Shown here: positions 61,853 to 64,000 of the stretch, in pieces
How positions within the stretch are numbered: the first letter of the stretch is position 1
How the letters are laid out: the number at the start of each line of letters is the position of its first letter
NCBI GenBank assembly: GCA_963696225.1
Contig: CAVOJG010000007.1
Coordinates: forward strand, 56,657 to 120,656
Length of the DNA: 64,000 nt
Direction: 5' to 3'
Source of the DNA: an uncultured Actinomycetota bacterium
Lineage (GTDB): Bacteria > Actinomycetota > Actinomycetes > Actinomycetales > Micrococcaceae
Made by a program: the position numbers and the translations under genes
The notes under the pieces: generated by a model
Seen by the model: the letters and a program-made list of their open reading frames with translations, nothing else
What the model was told of the DNA's origin: nothing
The model's database searches: none

Positions 61853-62779
61853 GTGAGTAAAGCCGGGCAGAACACCGAAGAGCAGGCCTCAGGCCTCGTA
61901 TTAGTCGACAAAGATCAGGGGATGACCTCCCATGATGTGGTGGGCCGTATCCGCCGCCTCGCGGGAACCCGCAAGGTGGGCCATGCCGGCACCCTTGATC
62001 CGATGGCCACCGGTGTGCTGGTGATCGGGGTTAACAAGGCCACACGCTTACTCACCTATATCGTGGGACATGACAAGACTTACACCGCCACCATCCGTCT
62101 GGGACAGAATACCGTCACCGACGATGCCGAAGGCGAGATCATCTCCGAGCGCATCGCTGCTGCGGTGACGGATGAAGATATTGAACGTGAGATTTCGAAG
62201 CTCCGCGGAGATATTGAACAAATCCCGAGCCAGGTTTCCGCCATCAAGGTCGACGGTAAGCGCTCCTACGCCCGCGTTCGCGCTGGTGAGCAGGTAGAGC
62301 TGAAGGCACGCCCGGTGACCATTTCACGCTTCGACATCCACAAGATCCGCCGCGAAGTAGGTGGCAAGGTACTAGACGTAGACGTCACCGTCTCTTGCAC
62401 CTCAGGAACCTACATCCGTGCTCTGGCCCGAGATCTCGGCGAAGCACTCCACGTCGGCGGGCACCTCACTGCATTGCGCCGCACCGAAGTGGGACCATAC
62501 TCCATCGAAAAATCCAAGCGGCTCGAAGAGCTCGCCGAAGAGTTCGAGGTACTTCCCTTGGAAAAAGCTGCCGGGGCGCTTTTTGCCAACCGCCAACTGA
62601 CCGAAGAAGAAGCAGCAGAGCTGTCCTTCGGTCGAACCATCACCGCATCCAAGAACGTCATGGATGAACCGGCAGATGACCTCGTCGCGGCTTTCGCGCC
62701 AGACGGTGCATTGGTTGCCCTCATTGCCGATAAGGGCGAAAAGGCCCGAGGGCAAATAGTCTTCACCGGAAAGCAGTAA
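61853..62779 (+). CDS. truB: tRNA pseudouridine(55) synthase
   Basis: VGHAGTLDPMATG, SAIKVDG, CTSGTYIRALARD; TATACT 7 nt before GTG. Confidence 0.97.
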   Translation: MSKAGQNTEEQASGLVLVDKDQGMTSHDVVGRIRRLAGTRKVGHAGTLDPMATGVLVIGVNKATRLLTYIVGHDKTYTATIRLGQNTVTDDAEGEIISERIAAAVTDEDIEREISKLRGDIEQIPSQVSAIKVDGKRSYARVRAGEQVELKARPVTISRFDIHKIRREVGGKVLDVDVTVSCTSGTYIRALARDLGEALHVGGHLTALRRTEVGPYSIEKSKRLEELAEEFEVLPLEKAAGALFANRQLTEEEAAELSFGRTITASKNVMDEPADDLVAAFAPDGALVALIADKGEKARGQIVFTGKQ

Positions 62780-62815
62780 CTCACTATTATTTGAGACCTT
62801 CAGAAAGGCTCAGCC

Positions 62816-63193
62816 TTGTTTGCCCTTAACGGCTTTTTCATTGCCGGCACAATTATTTGTGCGCTCGCCGTACTACTTGGCCTTATCGCTACCGTCATCC
62901 GGCGATACCCGGATGATTGGGCACTAGTCGCCACCGCGGGTACCGAGCTATTCCTGATTGTCTACGCGGTAGCCGCCGGCATACGCCAGGTCGGGGGAGA
63001 AGCGATTCTCGGTGAGCCGTGGGAATTCTGGGGTTACCTACTGACCGCATTGATCATGCCACCCATTGCTTTCTTCTGGGCGGTTAGCGACAAGAGCCGT
63101 TGGGCCAACACCGTCTTAGCCGTTTCGGGAGCCATCACCTTTGTGATGCTGTTCCGCATGGAACAAATCTGGCATGTAGGAGTCATCGCATGA
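62816..63193 (+). CDS. Conserved four-TM membrane protein
   Basis: Hydrophobic; EFWGYLLTA...SRW...RMEQIW. Confidence 0.8.
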   Translation: MFALNGFFIAGTIICALAVLLGLIATVIRRYPDDWALVATAGTELFLIVYAVAAGIRQVGGEAILGEPWEFWGYLLTALIMPPIAFFWAVSDKSRWANTVLAVSGAITFVMLFRMEQIWHVGVIA

Positions 63194-63660
63194 GCGAAAA
63201 ACCACGTAATTCACGTATCGTCCAGGCCGCACAGGCTCGTGGCGCAAATAAGTCTCCACGCCCTGGGCGCACTTCCGGGTTAGGCCGCATTATTATTGCG
63301 GTTTATGGGGTGCTGGCGCTATCTGCGACCGTCCGAGCGCTGTATCAAATGTTCTTTCGTGACTTCTCTGAAGCGCCGTTAGCCTACACGCTGTCATTGT
63401 TATCTGGGCTGGTCTATATCTTGGCCACATTCACCCTGGCTTCGAAGAAGCGCGGAGCTTGGAAGGTTTCGGTATTTGCCGTCAGCTTTGAACTTCTTGG
63501 TGTGCTTGTAGTCGGCTTGCTGTCCTTCACCATGCCAGCTCATTTTGGTCACGACTCCGTATGGAGCTACTTTGGCAAGGGCTACGGTTACATTCCGTTG
63601 TTGCTGCCGCTAGTCGGCCTGTGGTGGCTCTTCCGTAATCGTAATGAGCGTCACGCCTAA
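63190..63660 (+). CDS. Conserved membrane protein
   Basis: Hydrophobic; APLAYTLS...SVWSYFGKGYGYIPLLLP; ATGA overlap with the previous gene. Confidence 0.82.
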   Translation: MSEKPRNSRIVQAAQARGANKSPRPGRTSGLGRIIIAVYGVLALSATVRALYQMFFRDFSEAPLAYTLSLLSGLVYILATFTLASKKRGAWKVSVFAVSFELLGVLVVGLLSFTMPAHFGHDSVWSYFGKGYGYIPLLLPLVGLWWLFRNRNERHA

Positions 63661-63722
63661 AGACGTGCAAGAATTACTTCGGTAAACAATTTAACTTTCG
63701 TTGCAGAGTCATAAGGAGCAAA

Positions 63723-64000
63723 GTGCACTATTGGAAGGGCCTCGACTCAGTCCCCGCGGACATGGCTCCCACTGTTGTCACCATCGGCAACTTCGACGGC
63801 GTCCATTTGGGGCACTGCGAAGTCCTCGACTCGGCAGTCACTCAGGCTAAAAAACGTTCGGCTAAATCGGTTGCCATCTCCTTCGACCCGCACCCGGCAC
63901 AGGTCCACCGCCCGGGCTCTGCACCCGAACTCATCATGGGGATCGCAGACCGCGTCGACACGCTGGCCAGCGTTGGCTTAGACGCCACCTTGATGATTCA
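63723..64000 (+). CDS. ribF: Bifunctional riboflavin kinase/FAD synthetase, 5' part
   Basis: Manual translation VTIGNFDGVHLGH...SFDPHP; AAGGAG RBS; runs off the window. Confidence 0.93.
   Translation, partial: MHYWKGLDSVPADMAPTVVTIGNFDGVHLGHCEVLDSAVTQAKKRSAKSVAISFDPHPAQVHRPGSAPELIMGIADRVDTLASVGLDATLMI

Noticed and set aside
1-64000. Mobile elements, prophage, rRNA/tRNA genes, defence systems
   Set aside because: No transposase, integrase, phage, nuclease or structural-RNA signature recognised by eye; small RNAs could be missed without covariance searches

Overview
This window comes from a high-GC actinobacterial chromosome; gene content and order point to Micrococcaceae, probably Glutamicibacter/Arthrobacter (inference). 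The backbone is the conserved dxr-rip1(M50)-ispG-GNAT-proS-rimP-nusA-ylxR-infB-rbfA-truB-ribF cluster. Before it lie a LytS/LytTR system with two solute:sodium symporters, a MarR/LLM oxidoreductase unit, an AT-richer PIG-L/ATP-grasp/GT2 operon, a Lrp-regulated branched-chain 2-oxo-acid dehydrogenase operon and two tandem peptide ABC operons. The most interesting candidates are: (1) etfB-etfA followed by a di-heme cytochrome b whose ~300-aa Ala/Pro tether carries three copies of RMxGYTPLR, a possible non-canonical ETF:quinone link; (2) the PIG-L deacetylase/ATP-grasp/PgaC-like synthase operon; (3) a one-TM LytS kinase clustered with a second symporter, with three LytTR boxes upstream of the divergent symporter; (4) a tandem array of three paralogous lipoproteins with a relic of a further copy. 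Several single-base frameshifts (including essential proS) look like sequencing errors. No rRNA, tRNA, CRISPR array or transposase was seen.
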